A DNA stretch of 64,000 nucleotides from Myxococcota bacterium. GTDB taxonomy: Bacteria > Myxococcota_A > SURF-8. Under the pieces are notes generated by a model that did not search any database, had not been told where the DNA came from, and saw only the letters and a program-made list of their open reading frames with translations. Shown here one piece after another: positions 40,179 to 49,460 of this stretch. The stretch spans positions 2,496,001 through 2,560,000 of the forward strand of contig OZ223209.1 in NCBI GenBank assembly GCA_965140415.1. Direction: 5' to 3'. The translations under genes and the position numbers were made by a program. The stretch's first letter is position 1. Each line of letters begins with the position of its first letter.

Positions 40179-41711
40179 TCAGGGACAGGCGAGAGGATAA
40201 CTGTTGGAGGGGTCCACTCCTGAGCCTCCACAATAATAGCCGGTGGAATCGTCTACCCAGCCGCAGTCCAGCCCGTAGGTCGAGCAATCGTCGGCGACCA
40301 GCTCTTGCGTATCGGTATCGCACCAGCGAGCCACGGAGCCGTCGCAGCAGCCAACCCATTGCACATCGCCGCAGCCGAGGTCCGGTTCGTCGCTGTCTTG
40401 ATCGCCGTCGGGAGAGATTTCGTCTGTGCAGTAGTAGCCCAAAGCATCATCGACCCAGCCGCAGCCCTGGTCGCAGGGGGCGCAGTTTTTGAAAAGAATC
40501 TGACCATCTTCGCACCAGCGGGCGACATGCCCCGTATCGCAGTAGCCTTCGAAGGTGACGCCCTCGCAGGGATCGGGCAGGCAGCGATACTGATTGCTGT
40601 CGTTCTGGCCGCACACCATTTCAAGGTTGCGGCAGTTTTGCTGGATTAAAATGTCGTTGTCGCAGAATATCGCCGTACTTCCAGAACAGGAGCCGGTTTC
40701 CGTCACATCGCCGCAGCCTTGCGGTTCGCTGATGAAACTGTTGATCCAAGCGAGATCGGCCTGGGCGCTGGCGAAATGATCGACATCCAGGCAGGATTCG
40801 TCGCCCCAACTAACCGTGCCGATAAGGCGCAATCCCTCACCGAAGTCGTAGAGTGACGGTCCACCCGAATCGCCGAAACAAACGCTTCCCTGGCCGTTGC
40901 CATTGACGGCGAATTCGGCGCCGGAAACATATTCGATATCTTCGACTATCCAGAACTTCTGGCTGTTGTTGTCATCGTTCTGAGTTGCTCCGTAGCCGCC
41001 ATTCTGTACGCGCTGATCGACCAGAGTCTGATCCAAGGCCCGATCGTTGACGGGAATCGGTTCGATGTTCGGGGCCTTGGTATAGGCGGATTCGCTAAGC
41101 ACCAGCACGGCGTTATCATGGCTGGCTGCGGTGTAGCTGTTGGGACTGTATAAGGAATTGGCTTCCATCTGTTGAACGTCGAAAACCGCTTGCGGAGAAC
41201 TGGCGTCGGAACCGATGGCAAACTGGACCTGGCTGGGACTGTAGAGTCCCTGTAGGCAGTGTGCGGCAGTCAAAACGACATTGCTGGCAATCAAGGTGCC
41301 GGTACAGAAATTGCTGTATCCGCCGCCCCAGGCACTTTGCTGTACCAGTGCGCCGACCGCCAATTGCTGGCCAGAAGTCATGTTGAACAGAGAAGGGGTT
41401 TCGGTTCCGTTGTAAATCTTGAAACTTGGCGCTTGCAGAGGGGCTGTTTTGGTGTAATCACCAACACCGCACATATTGACTGCCGAGTCTCCATCGGAAG
41501 TGCTATCCCCGTCTGTGATTATCCTGTCGCCGTCCACAACGGGAATCCAGGGAATACTGCTGTCGCTATCACCATCCGAATCGGAGCTTTCCGAATCGCC
41601 ATCGGTTTCGTCACCGTCCAACTGCAAACCGCTATCTTCAGAGCAGGAGGCCAACAGGGAAAGAGTCACAACTACACAAATTGCCAGTAACATCCCATAA
41701 CTGCGTTTCAC
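40179..41711 (-). CDS. S1 (trypsin/chymotrypsin-fold) serine protease lipoprotein with Cys-rich C-terminal modules
   Basis: Lipobox LLASC, IYNG, LTAAHC, HDNAVL, CFGDSGGP, VSWG. Confidence 0.9.
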   Translation of the reverse strand: MKRSYGMLLAICVVVTLSLLASCSEDSGLQLDGDETDGDSESSDSDGDSDSSIPWIPVVDGDRIITDGDSTSDGDSAVNMCGVGDYTKTAPLQAPSFKIYNGTETPSLFNMTSGQQLAVGALVQQSAWGGGYSNFCTGTLIASNVVLTAAHCLQGLYSPSQVQFAIGSDASSPQAVFDVQQMEANSLYSPNSYTAASHDNAVLVLSESAYTKAPNIEPIPVNDRALDQTLVDQRVQNGGYGATQNDDNNSQKFWIVEDIEYVSGAEFAVNGNGQGSVCFGDSGGPSLYDFGEGLRLIGTVSWGDESCLDVDHFASAQADLAWINSFISEPQGCGDVTETGSCSGSTAIFCDNDILIQQNCRNLEMVCGQNDSNQYRCLPDPCEGVTFEGYCDTGHVARWCEDGQILFKNCAPCDQGCGWVDDALGYYCTDEISPDGDQDSDEPDLGCGDVQWVGCCDGSVARWCDTDTQELVADDCSTYGLDCGWVDDSTGYYCGGSGVDPSNSYPLACP

Positions 41712-41866
41712 AACCTTCTCCTTACATAAACCTTTACCCAGTCGAATTTTGCGAGGTCATCGCATCTCGACCTATTTTACATGGTTTGTCCGGCATGTAA
41801 AAGCAAACTGATTGATAAAGCCGAGGTTTTTTGTATGTATGCAATAATGACGGTTCAGTTCGGCAA

Positions 41867-43399
41867 TCAGAATGTCATATTCAATTGCAGCATGGCCTGC
41901 TTTTTGTCCGGGTCAACCGTTGGCGTGATTGCAATCTCATGTTCGGGAGGCAGGACCAGGAACACAATTCCGGTGATGATCGCCGCCGAGCCGAGACCCA
42001 TTAAAATACCACCGCCGATGCGGCTGTATAACGCGGTGTCGCGCTCGCCATTATAGCTTTCCTCGTCGGGAGTGCTGCCACTGGGACCGAAGCGGTCGTC
42101 TGCATTGTCATAATGTTTCTGGGCTTCGGTTTCCAGGAAAATTCCGAAGCTCAGAGCGACAACGCCCAGTGCGGTGGCGAAGCCGCCCGGTTTGTAATCC
42201 TTTTCGACATCGACCAGTTGACCCGGTCTAAGGGCCAGTCCTTTTTCCAGCGTCGGATTTAAAACGACGTTTTTTCCAGGTTCGACGGTTACTTCTTCTT
42301 CGAAAGGCGCGTAGCCGTCCTGTACCAGTTGCACGCGGTAACGTCCGGTGGGTTTTTCCGCAAGGTAGGTGTTTTCTGCGACCTTGATGCCGTTGATGAA
42401 GATATCTACGTTTTTACCTTTTTCCTGGTTGGCGCAACTGATTTGCAACGAGCCGTTTTCCGGAATGAACCCATGACGGATGCGCGTGACCTGGTTGGGA
42501 ATTACGTCCACTTCGTATTCCGCATCGGGATAAGGTGGCATGCGCAGCGTTAAATCGTGCTTGCCTTCCAGAATGTTGTGAAGAACCAACGGCGTTTCGC
42601 CGTGACGTTCGCCGTCAAGCAGGATGGTTGCTCCGGCTGGCTCGGAATCCACCAGGATTTCACCTTGTCTCGCGATCAGATCCGCATACCATTGGGTGAC
42701 ATGGCCCATACGTCCTTTGATCGACGTATACACCGGAGGATGGCCGGGGCGCTGCGCCCGGATGGCAACACGCTTACCATTGTCCAGACCGAAGCTACAT
42801 GGTGTTTTACAGAGTGATATGTCATCTATTGCGACATCGGCTCCCAGTGGAAAGGACGAAACGCGCACGACGCCGCGCTCGGGACCGACGGTCGGTGCCA
42901 GACCGATAAGGTCCGGGATCATTTTTTCAAGCATTAAAGGAGCCGCACCGAATTCTGGAATTGTTTCCACGAATTCCCGTCCTTCTTCACCCTCAAACAA
43001 TGTCATACGCAGATTCAGTTTTCCATCTGCACGAGAACGCAGTGCCAGGGTGATGTCGTGCTTGATTCCCAGCATGGCGCGTAAAGCGGTCTGACAGTCT
43101 TCGGTGAACTGGCAGTCGATCTGCTTTTCCTTGCGCGCCCAGCCGAGCTGGGAGGAAAATTCTTTTTCGGTATAAATCGTCAGCGTTTCATAGCGATACA
43201 GTGTTTCAAGCAGAATCTTGCGCAGAATGGCCGCATGTTCCTTGCTCATGTCACCCTCGAGTTCATGAACGAGAATCGGCAGGCGCGTATTCGCAATGGA
43301 ATCCGTCCGGTCTTGTGCCATAGCCGGGGAAGAGGCGGCGACATTGAAAAAGAGTAATGCCGCCAATGCAATCAGGATCAGACGAATTCCAGCGGTCAT
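41867..43399 (-). CDS. PEGA domain-containing envelope protein
   Basis: Signal peptide; SFPLGADVAID and SEPAGATILLDG PEGA repeats; C-terminal hydrophobic hairpin; overlaps the purB stop. Confidence 0.8.
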   Translation of the reverse strand: MTAGIRLILIALAALLFFNVAASSPAMAQDRTDSIANTRLPILVHELEGDMSKEHAAILRKILLETLYRYETLTIYTEKEFSSQLGWARKEKQIDCQFTEDCQTALRAMLGIKHDITLALRSRADGKLNLRMTLFEGEEGREFVETIPEFGAAPLMLEKMIPDLIGLAPTVGPERGVVRVSSFPLGADVAIDDISLCKTPCSFGLDNGKRVAIRAQRPGHPPVYTSIKGRMGHVTQWYADLIARQGEILVDSEPAGATILLDGERHGETPLVLHNILEGKHDLTLRMPPYPDAEYEVDVIPNQVTRIRHGFIPENGSLQISCANQEKGKNVDIFINGIKVAENTYLAEKPTGRYRVQLVQDGYAPFEEEVTVEPGKNVVLNPTLEKGLALRPGQLVDVEKDYKPGGFATALGVVALSFGIFLETEAQKHYDNADDRFGPSGSTPDEESYNGERDTALYSRIGGGILMGLGSAAIITGIVFLVLPPEHEIAITPTVDPDKKQAMLQLNMTF

Positions 43400-44703
43400 C
43401 GTTCTTCTCCGAATACGCGGTTGAAAATCGTATCGATATGCTTCAAGTGATAGGAAAGATCGAAGCTTTTTTCAATTGCGTCCTTGCCGATGGCATCCAC
43501 CAGTTCAGTGTCGGCCAGCATGGCGTCTTTGAGATTCAGATCTTTTTCCTGCCAGACACGCATAGCGTTTCGCTGAACCATTTCATAGGCTTTCTGCCGG
43601 GGTAGACCGTAATTGACCGTATCTAAAAGCAGTTTCTGCGAGAAGATCAAGCCACGCATGCGTTCCAGGTTGGCGGTCATGTTCTCCGGATAAACCACGA
43701 GCTTGTCGAGCATACGGGTGAGCCGTTTCAGCATGTAGTCGATCAGGCTGGTGCTGTCCGGGCCGATCACACGCTCGACCGAACTGTGGCTGATGTCGCG
43801 TTCGTGCCAGAGCGGCACGTTTTCCAAGGCTGCGATGGCATTGGCACGAACGATGCGCGAGAGGCCCGAAAGGTTCTCCGAACCGATCGGATTGCGCTTG
43901 TGCGGCATGGCCGAGGAACCCTTTTGGCCCTTGCTGAAGGCTTCTTCGACTTCGCGCACTTCGGTGCGTTGCTGGTGACGAATCTGCACGCTGATTTTCT
44001 CGATCGTCGAGGCGATCTGGGCCAGCGCGGTAAAGTATTCCGCATGACGGTCGCGCTGAATGACCTGGTTGGATACCGGTTCGGGAGTCAATCCCAGCTT
44101 TTCACAAACGAATTCCTCGACTTGTGGAGGAATGTTGGCGAAAGTGCCCACTGCACCGGAAATCATGCCCACGCGCACCGACTCGGCGGCGTGCTCGAAA
44201 CGCTCCAATTGGCGCGTCAATTCCGCGTACCACAGTGCCAATACCAGACCGAAGGTAATCGGTTCGGCGTGGATGCCGTGCGAGCGACCCACCATCACGG
44301 TGTGCTTGTGCTCCATTGCGCGACGCTTGACTACCTCACGGAGTTTCATGAGGTCGTCGATGATCATGGCGCTGGCTTCTTTCAATTGCAGCGCGAAAGC
44401 GGTGTCCAGTACGTCCGAACTCGTCATACCATAGTGAATCCAGCGGCTCGGTTCGCCGATCTGTTCTTCAAGGTGCGTCAAAAAGGCGATGACGTCGTGC
44501 TTGGTGACCGCTTCGATTTCTTCGATGCGATCAGGGTCGATATTCACGGTGGCGTTCAGTACCGGCTGCAAGGCGTCTTCCGGCACCAGACCGGCCTTGA
44601 CCATGCCTTCCAATGCCGCTAGTTCAACTTTGTACCAGCATTCGTATTTAAATTTCAAATCCCAGATGCGGCCCATTTCCGGCCTGGTATAACGATCGAT
44701 CAT
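43396..44703 (-). CDS. purB: Adenylosuccinate lyase
   Basis: MIDRY, HDVIAF, HYGMTSSD, GRSHGIHAEP, SSAMPHKRNP, WHERDISHSS. Confidence 0.97.
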   Translation of the reverse strand: MIDRYTRPEMGRIWDLKFKYECWYKVELAALEGMVKAGLVPEDALQPVLNATVNIDPDRIEEIEAVTKHDVIAFLTHLEEQIGEPSRWIHYGMTSSDVLDTAFALQLKEASAMIIDDLMKLREVVKRRAMEHKHTVMVGRSHGIHAEPITFGLVLALWYAELTRQLERFEHAAESVRVGMISGAVGTFANIPPQVEEFVCEKLGLTPEPVSNQVIQRDRHAEYFTALAQIASTIEKISVQIRHQQRTEVREVEEAFSKGQKGSSAMPHKRNPIGSENLSGLSRIVRANAIAALENVPLWHERDISHSSVERVIGPDSTSLIDYMLKRLTRMLDKLVVYPENMTANLERMRGLIFSQKLLLDTVNYGLPRQKAYEMVQRNAMRVWQEKDLNLKDAMLADTELVDAIGKDAIEKSFDLSYHLKHIDTIFNRVFGEER

Positions 44704-44744
44704 ATTGCTGTCCTTCTCTCTAATCTCGGATAAACAGAGGGCGT

Positions 44745-44773
44745 ATTTTACGGTGCTTTTTCACGAAACGCAA
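44745..44773 (-). promoter_or_regulatory. Putative sigma70 promoter of purB
   Basis: TTGCGT-N17-TAAAAT on the minus strand, about 40 nt before the ATG. Confidence 0.45.
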
Positions 44774-44801
44774 CGACTCTTTTCCCTGTGAAAATCATCA
44801 A

Positions 44802-44836
44802 TAAAAACGGGGAAAGTATTCACTCTTTCCCCGTTT
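44802..44836 (-). terminator. Intrinsic terminator after the 44865..46925 protease
   Basis: AAACGGGGAAAG-loop-CTTTCCCCGTTT hairpin ending in a T run on the minus strand. Confidence 0.75.
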
Positions 44837-44864
44837 GTGGTTCTCTTGATTGTAGCGGTGCGAT

Positions 44865-46925
44865 TTAAACGTTTTCTCGATTGCGACGTCGCAGAATAAC
44901 CGTCAGCAACAGAAACGCAAATACGATTGTGGAAGCATTGGCCGACTGGCTGCAGCCTCCGTCGGTTCCGTCCTGCGGGTTGCCCGGTTCGTCTCCTGTA
45001 TCACCATCGACAGGATCAGTTGTGTCCCCATCGGTAGGAATTACGGAAGCCGCCTGGCATTGGCAGACATCTTCATCTACGGCATCCAGGTAAATACAGG
45101 CCACAAATTGACGAGAATAGCGGGAACACTCGGTCGGACAATCGAGTTCGGTCCATTGACCGTCACGGCAACTGCACAGTGTTTGACCGTCTTCTTGACA
45201 ACTGTCCTTATCCGCTTCCGTGCAAGTTCCGGAGCAGCCAACGGGAGTGTTTGGATCGACGCATTGGTTGTCCCGGCATTCCAGATCTCCGCTGCACAAG
45301 CCGCACTCGCAGCCTTCATAACTGCCGCAATCGACTTCTTCACACGCGTTCAGGCATTCCGTGTTGTTTGAAATGCATTGATTGTTCTGGCAGGTGCGGT
45401 TGTCGGTGCACAGACCGCATTGACAGCCCTGGTATTCACCACATTCGACCGAACTGCACACGTCGGTGCAGTCCACTCCTTGAGTGACGCAGAGATTGTC
45501 GCGACATTCTTTGTCGCCACCGCACAGGCCGCACTCGCAGCCTGCATAGCCGCCGCAATCCACCTGCGAGCACAAATCGGTACAGGTGGCGCCCTCGGGA
45601 ACGCAGATGTTGTCCTGGCAGCTTTCTCCTGCATGGCATAAACCGCACTGGCAACCGAGCTTTTCGCCGCAATCCACCGTTTCGCAAAGCTGGTCGCAAT
45701 CCGCACTGCCATCGCAGTAAAGCGGGTAACGTCCGCTGGGATCTTGAACACCGTCTGCGCCGCAGCCATAGCCTTGTTGATTGTTTACCCAGCCGCAACC
45801 CTGTGAGCCGCATTCGGTGCTTGCGTATTGGCCGTTTTCGCAGCGATACAACGTAGAATCATCGCAGCAGCCATAGGAACCCATCGTGTCGCAACTGATG
45901 CCTTCGGGAAGGCATTGATTGGCGTTACAGGCCAGTCCATCATCACAACCGCCGCAATAGCAGCCGTTGATGTAGCCACATTCAACGCCATCGCAACCAT
46001 CGGTGCAGACTGGATCGTAAGGACCGACCAGGTTCTCCAGCCAGTCTTTATGGGCGTCCAGGCGCGAGAAGTGTGCAGGCTGATTGCATTCGTTTGCAAT
46101 ACCCCAGCTTGTGGTGCCGATCAGGGTGAGAAAGCCCTCGAAATTGTGCAGCAAAGGACCGCCGGAATCGCCGCTGCATACACCCGAATAGTAGTTCGGA
46201 TCTCCGGCGACCAGTTCCATGGAACTGATTTGCATCAGGCTTAATGTCGCCCAGTATTTAATAAGATTGTTCTGGGTAGTGTGAGTCATCCCGTAACCGC
46301 CTGCCTGCACGGTCGAATTGCGCAGGGTGCTTGGGATGTCGCTTCGATTGTACGGGATCGGTTCAATACTGCTAACCGAACTGGACAGAATCAGCACGGA
46401 AACGTCGTAATAAGCGGTTTGCAGGGTCATTGCGCCAGTGTAGCTGGGATGGTACTGGATTTGACTAACGGTTAACATTTGGTCGGGATTGTTCAGATTA
46501 TCTCCCATACCGATTCGTACCCAGTAGGGTTGCACGTCCTGACAGTTGTTGCCGTAGTCGTCACATTGGTGAATACAGTGAGCGGCGGAGATTATCACTC
46601 GGTCATTGACCAGCGTACCGGTACAGAAAGGAGAATAGCTGCCCCAGCCACTGCTGACCATCAAGGCTACGACAGCCTTTTTTTGTCCGCTTGTCATGGC
46701 GATTCCGGTTGGGCTGCTTTCTCCATGCCAGATTTTGGTTCGGTCGAATCCTCTGGGAGCTTGATATTGCTGAACCATATCTTCCATCCACCAGACCGGA
46801 TAACTCTGGGTAGAGGTCACAGAAGCTGATTGCTCAGACGGAGTCGTTTCGGCTACGCCAAAGGATGGGAAACTGAGTTGTAAAAAAGAAAGAAGCGCAA
46901 CGAAAAAAATGCAGCGGGCAGGCAT
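44865..46925 (-). CDS. S1 serine protease with tandem Cys-rich repeats and a MYXO-CTERM-like tail
   Basis: Signal peptide, IWHG, ISAAHC, YDVSVL, CSGDSGGP, TSWG; GGC..TM..RRR terminus; GAGGTG RBS. Confidence 0.9.
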   Translation of the reverse strand: MPARCIFFVALLSFLQLSFPSFGVAETTPSEQSASVTSTQSYPVWWMEDMVQQYQAPRGFDRTKIWHGESSPTGIAMTSGQKKAVVALMVSSGWGSYSPFCTGTLVNDRVIISAAHCIHQCDDYGNNCQDVQPYWVRIGMGDNLNNPDQMLTVSQIQYHPSYTGAMTLQTAYYDVSVLILSSSVSSIEPIPYNRSDIPSTLRNSTVQAGGYGMTHTTQNNLIKYWATLSLMQISSMELVAGDPNYYSGVCSGDSGGPLLHNFEGFLTLIGTTSWGIANECNQPAHFSRLDAHKDWLENLVGPYDPVCTDGCDGVECGYINGCYCGGCDDGLACNANQCLPEGISCDTMGSYGCCDDSTLYRCENGQYASTECGSQGCGWVNNQQGYGCGADGVQDPSGRYPLYCDGSADCDQLCETVDCGEKLGCQCGLCHAGESCQDNICVPEGATCTDLCSQVDCGGYAGCECGLCGGDKECRDNLCVTQGVDCTDVCSSVECGEYQGCQCGLCTDNRTCQNNQCISNNTECLNACEEVDCGSYEGCECGLCSGDLECRDNQCVDPNTPVGCSGTCTEADKDSCQEDGQTLCSCRDGQWTELDCPTECSRYSRQFVACIYLDAVDEDVCQCQAASVIPTDGDTTDPVDGDTGDEPGNPQDGTDGGCSQSANASTIVFAFLLLTVILRRRNRENV
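45243..45698 (-). repeat. Four tandem 114-nt (38-aa, 8-Cys) intragenic repeats; a fifth copy lies at 45894..46007
   Basis: Pattern C...C..V.CG...GC.CG.C.....C..N.C recurs at exact 114-nt spacing. Confidence 0.9.
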
Positions 46926-47166
46926 GAAGAACACCTCGTGAAGTACGTGAACAGGCAAAGTGAAATCGCCACTGGGGCGAAAAACTCAACTCTTAACTAT
47001 AGAACCGGAATGCATGGGATTTCAAGATCTTTTGTGTAGTGATGACAGAAAAATGAAAAAAAACCTTGAAACATTGGCTTTTCGCTCGGTTTCGGGAGTA
47101 TGATAACTGCAAAAAGAATGTCACATTCGGGATGTTTTCTTATCGGATTTTCGCAAGTAATCCGGA

Positions 47167-48294
47167 ATGTCGGAAAGTAAGGCTGTTTTGATTTCCGTGG
47201 CAGAAACAAAAGATTGTTCCCGGCAGATCCTGGATCTTGGAGCTGCGTTAGCGGAAATGTCGAACTATCACGAATTACCGGAACTACTTTATCATTTTTT
47301 AAATCCCATTCTTCCTATCGATTGGATAGCGGTTTTTACTTTTACATCCAACCCTCATGGATCTCCTGCATATGAATTTCTAACGTATAACGACAGCTTG
47401 GCTGAGGGGTGGTGGGAGATGCATGTGTCCTTGCTGGCGCAGGATTTCTTTCATCAACACTTGATGTCTTTACCGGCATGTACGGTGGTGACGGCGACGG
47501 ACGCCTTCGATCCACAAAACGAATCCCACTTGCAGTTTCTTGAACTGGCGTCCAAGCAAATGGGTGCAATGCAGGTAATGGGTGGTTATCCTGTGAAACA
47601 AGCCGATGCCATCTGTGGAGTTGTGGTGTATCGACGTGATATTCAACACTTATTCAGCGAAGAAGAAAAACGCTTGCTTCAGACTTTATTGCCGATGCTT
47701 GCCTGTACAATGAAGCTTTTTCCCATTCATCTTCAATCGAAATTCGAGTTGCAAGCGGCTGAAGATCTGTTGTTTGAAAAGGATTCCAGCGTTCTTTTGC
47801 TGGATCACAATTTGGATCCGATATTTGTACCGGTCGGATTCCGAGAGTGGCTGGAACCCCATTTCAAGTCAAATTGGACGGAACAGATTCCGTCTCCCAT
47901 TCTGCACTGGATTCTTCGTGTGGTCGCTCCCGGTCGACGCCTGAACGTTAGTGCGGTTCCATTTTTTCAGCATTACAGCAATTCTCATGGGTCGGTGTAT
48001 TTGAAAGCAACGGTGTTACGTGGAGTGTTGAATCAGCCGATATTACAAATTCAGGTTCGGGTCGTTGTTCGCATTCGAGATTTCTCTCCTTTGAGGAAAC
48101 TCGGTCTGACGGCGCGTGAGATTGATGTCTTGTCGTGTTTACCAAAGGGCTGCACCAATCGGCAGATTGGCGAGGAACTTGGCATCAAGCCGGTAACCGT
48201 AAAAAAACACCTTGCCAATATTTCCGAAAAGCTGGATGTGCAAGGAAAAACAGAAATTCTTTCCGTTGCATTGCAGTTATTAAGGAAAGTGTAA
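47167..48294 (+). CDS. LuxR-family transcriptional regulator with a GAF/autoinducer-like N-terminus
   Basis: C-terminal LTAREIDVL...G.TN.QI...LGI...TVKKHL..I..KL. Confidence 0.85.
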   Translation: MSESKAVLISVAETKDCSRQILDLGAALAEMSNYHELPELLYHFLNPILPIDWIAVFTFTSNPHGSPAYEFLTYNDSLAEGWWEMHVSLLAQDFFHQHLMSLPACTVVTATDAFDPQNESHLQFLELASKQMGAMQVMGGYPVKQADAICGVVVYRRDIQHLFSEEEKRLLQTLLPMLACTMKLFPIHLQSKFELQAAEDLLFEKDSSVLLLDHNLDPIFVPVGFREWLEPHFKSNWTEQIPSPILHWILRVVAPGRRLNVSAVPFFQHYSNSHGSVYLKATVLRGVLNQPILQIQVRVVVRIRDFSPLRKLGLTAREIDVLSCLPKGCTNRQIGEELGIKPVTVKKHLANISEKLDVQGKTEILSVALQLLRKV

Positions 48295-48334
48295 ACCGCT
48301 TTGTAGACTTCGTTTTTGCAGAAAGCGGTTTACA
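48290..48334. terminator. Hairpin between the convergent luxR-type and mscS genes
   Basis: TGTAAACCGCTTT...AAAGCGGTTTACA inverted repeat. Confidence 0.55.
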
Positions 48335-48348
48335 GCCTATTCCACAGT

Positions 48349-49182
48349 TCAATCTTCCTTGCCATGATGGTGAACATCCATTTGCGGGAAGGGGATTTCG
48401 ATTCCATTTTGGTCCAGGGTCGCTTTGATACGGCGCTGGAATTCGAAGAACACCGCCCAGTAATCACCGGTTTTACTCCAGGGACGAACGACGAAATTGA
48501 CCGAGGAGTCCGCCAGCTCCACAATTTCAATTGTCGGAGCCGGATCCTTGAGTACGCCCTCGATTTCATTCAAGGTTTGAATGATGAGTTCCTTGGTTTT
48601 TGCCAAATCGGCGGAATAGCTGACTCCAACTGTCATGTCCACACGTCTTTGCTCGAAAGCCGAGTAGTTGATGATTGAACCACCCCAAACTGTCCGGTTA
48701 GGGACGATAATCTTCTTGTTATCGGGTGTTGTCATGGTGGTTGCCATCATGTTGATTTCTTGAATGACTCCCTGGTGTCCCGCCGCTTCGACAAAGTCGC
48801 CTTTTTGGAAAGGCTGGTTCAAAATAATCATCAAACCGGATGCCAGATTGCCAAGTGACTCCTGGAAGGCGAAGCCAACTATGAAACCGGTGACACCCAG
48901 CCCGGCGACCAATGGTGCGATATCGATCCCCAAACGGGGTAGGGCGATCATGAGTAGAACGACCCAAAGCACTTTGTTAATAGCGTTTAGCAGAAAACGT
49001 TCGAGCGTTTCTGTGACTCTGCTGGATCTTTTAAGGATTTTCCGCATTGTTCTTGTGAGAAGGCTGATGACAAGAGCACCGATGATCAGAATTGCAATGA
49101 ACATCAGCAAATCCACCAGGAAGTTCACGCCGTTATTCAGTAGCCAATTTTTAGCGTTTTCAACAAGTTCGAGTTCTTTCAT
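48349..49182 (-). CDS. mscS: Small-conductance mechanosensitive channel
   Basis: GFAFQESLGNLASG, PFQKGD, IIVPN, RRVD..VGVSY, GIEIPFPQ. Confidence 0.93.
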   Translation of the reverse strand: MKELELVENAKNWLLNNGVNFLVDLLMFIAILIIGALVISLLTRTMRKILKRSSRVTETLERFLLNAINKVLWVVLLMIALPRLGIDIAPLVAGLGVTGFIVGFAFQESLGNLASGLMIILNQPFQKGDFVEAAGHQGVIQEINMMATTMTTPDNKKIIVPNRTVWGGSIINYSAFEQRRVDMTVGVSYSADLAKTKELIIQTLNEIEGVLKDPAPTIEIVELADSSVNFVVRPWSKTGDYWAVFFEFQRRIKATLDQNGIEIPFPQMDVHHHGKED

Positions 49183-49394
49183 TGTTTTTCTCCCGATTTA
49201 GACATGAGCGAATCTTCATGACAAAATGGACAGATACATATTTGTAAATTCCCCAGGATGCGTTGTTCGATGTATTCCAGAGAGCGGTCAAGCATTTGGA
49301 TTTATTCCGCATTCCTTATTACAACAGCTTTGCATACTTGGAGATCTTGTTCAATCTAACGGAAACCCATTTGAGACAGTTTAGGATGAGATAT

Positions 49395-49429
49395 AAAAAA
49401 CCGGACTTCCTACTCTAAAGAAAGTCCGG
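49395..49429 (-). terminator. Intrinsic terminator after the 49461..49895 gene
   Basis: CCGGACTT...AAGTCCGG stem followed by TTTTTT on the minus strand. Confidence 0.6.
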
Positions 49430-49460
49430 AAGTTGTTTGAAAGCGTGGTCGCGAAAACGA

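Noticed and set aside
45243-45698. Regularly spaced repeats as a CRISPR array
   Set aside because: They are in-frame coding repeats conserved at Cys codons, with no identical repeat plus unique spacer structure and no cas genes.
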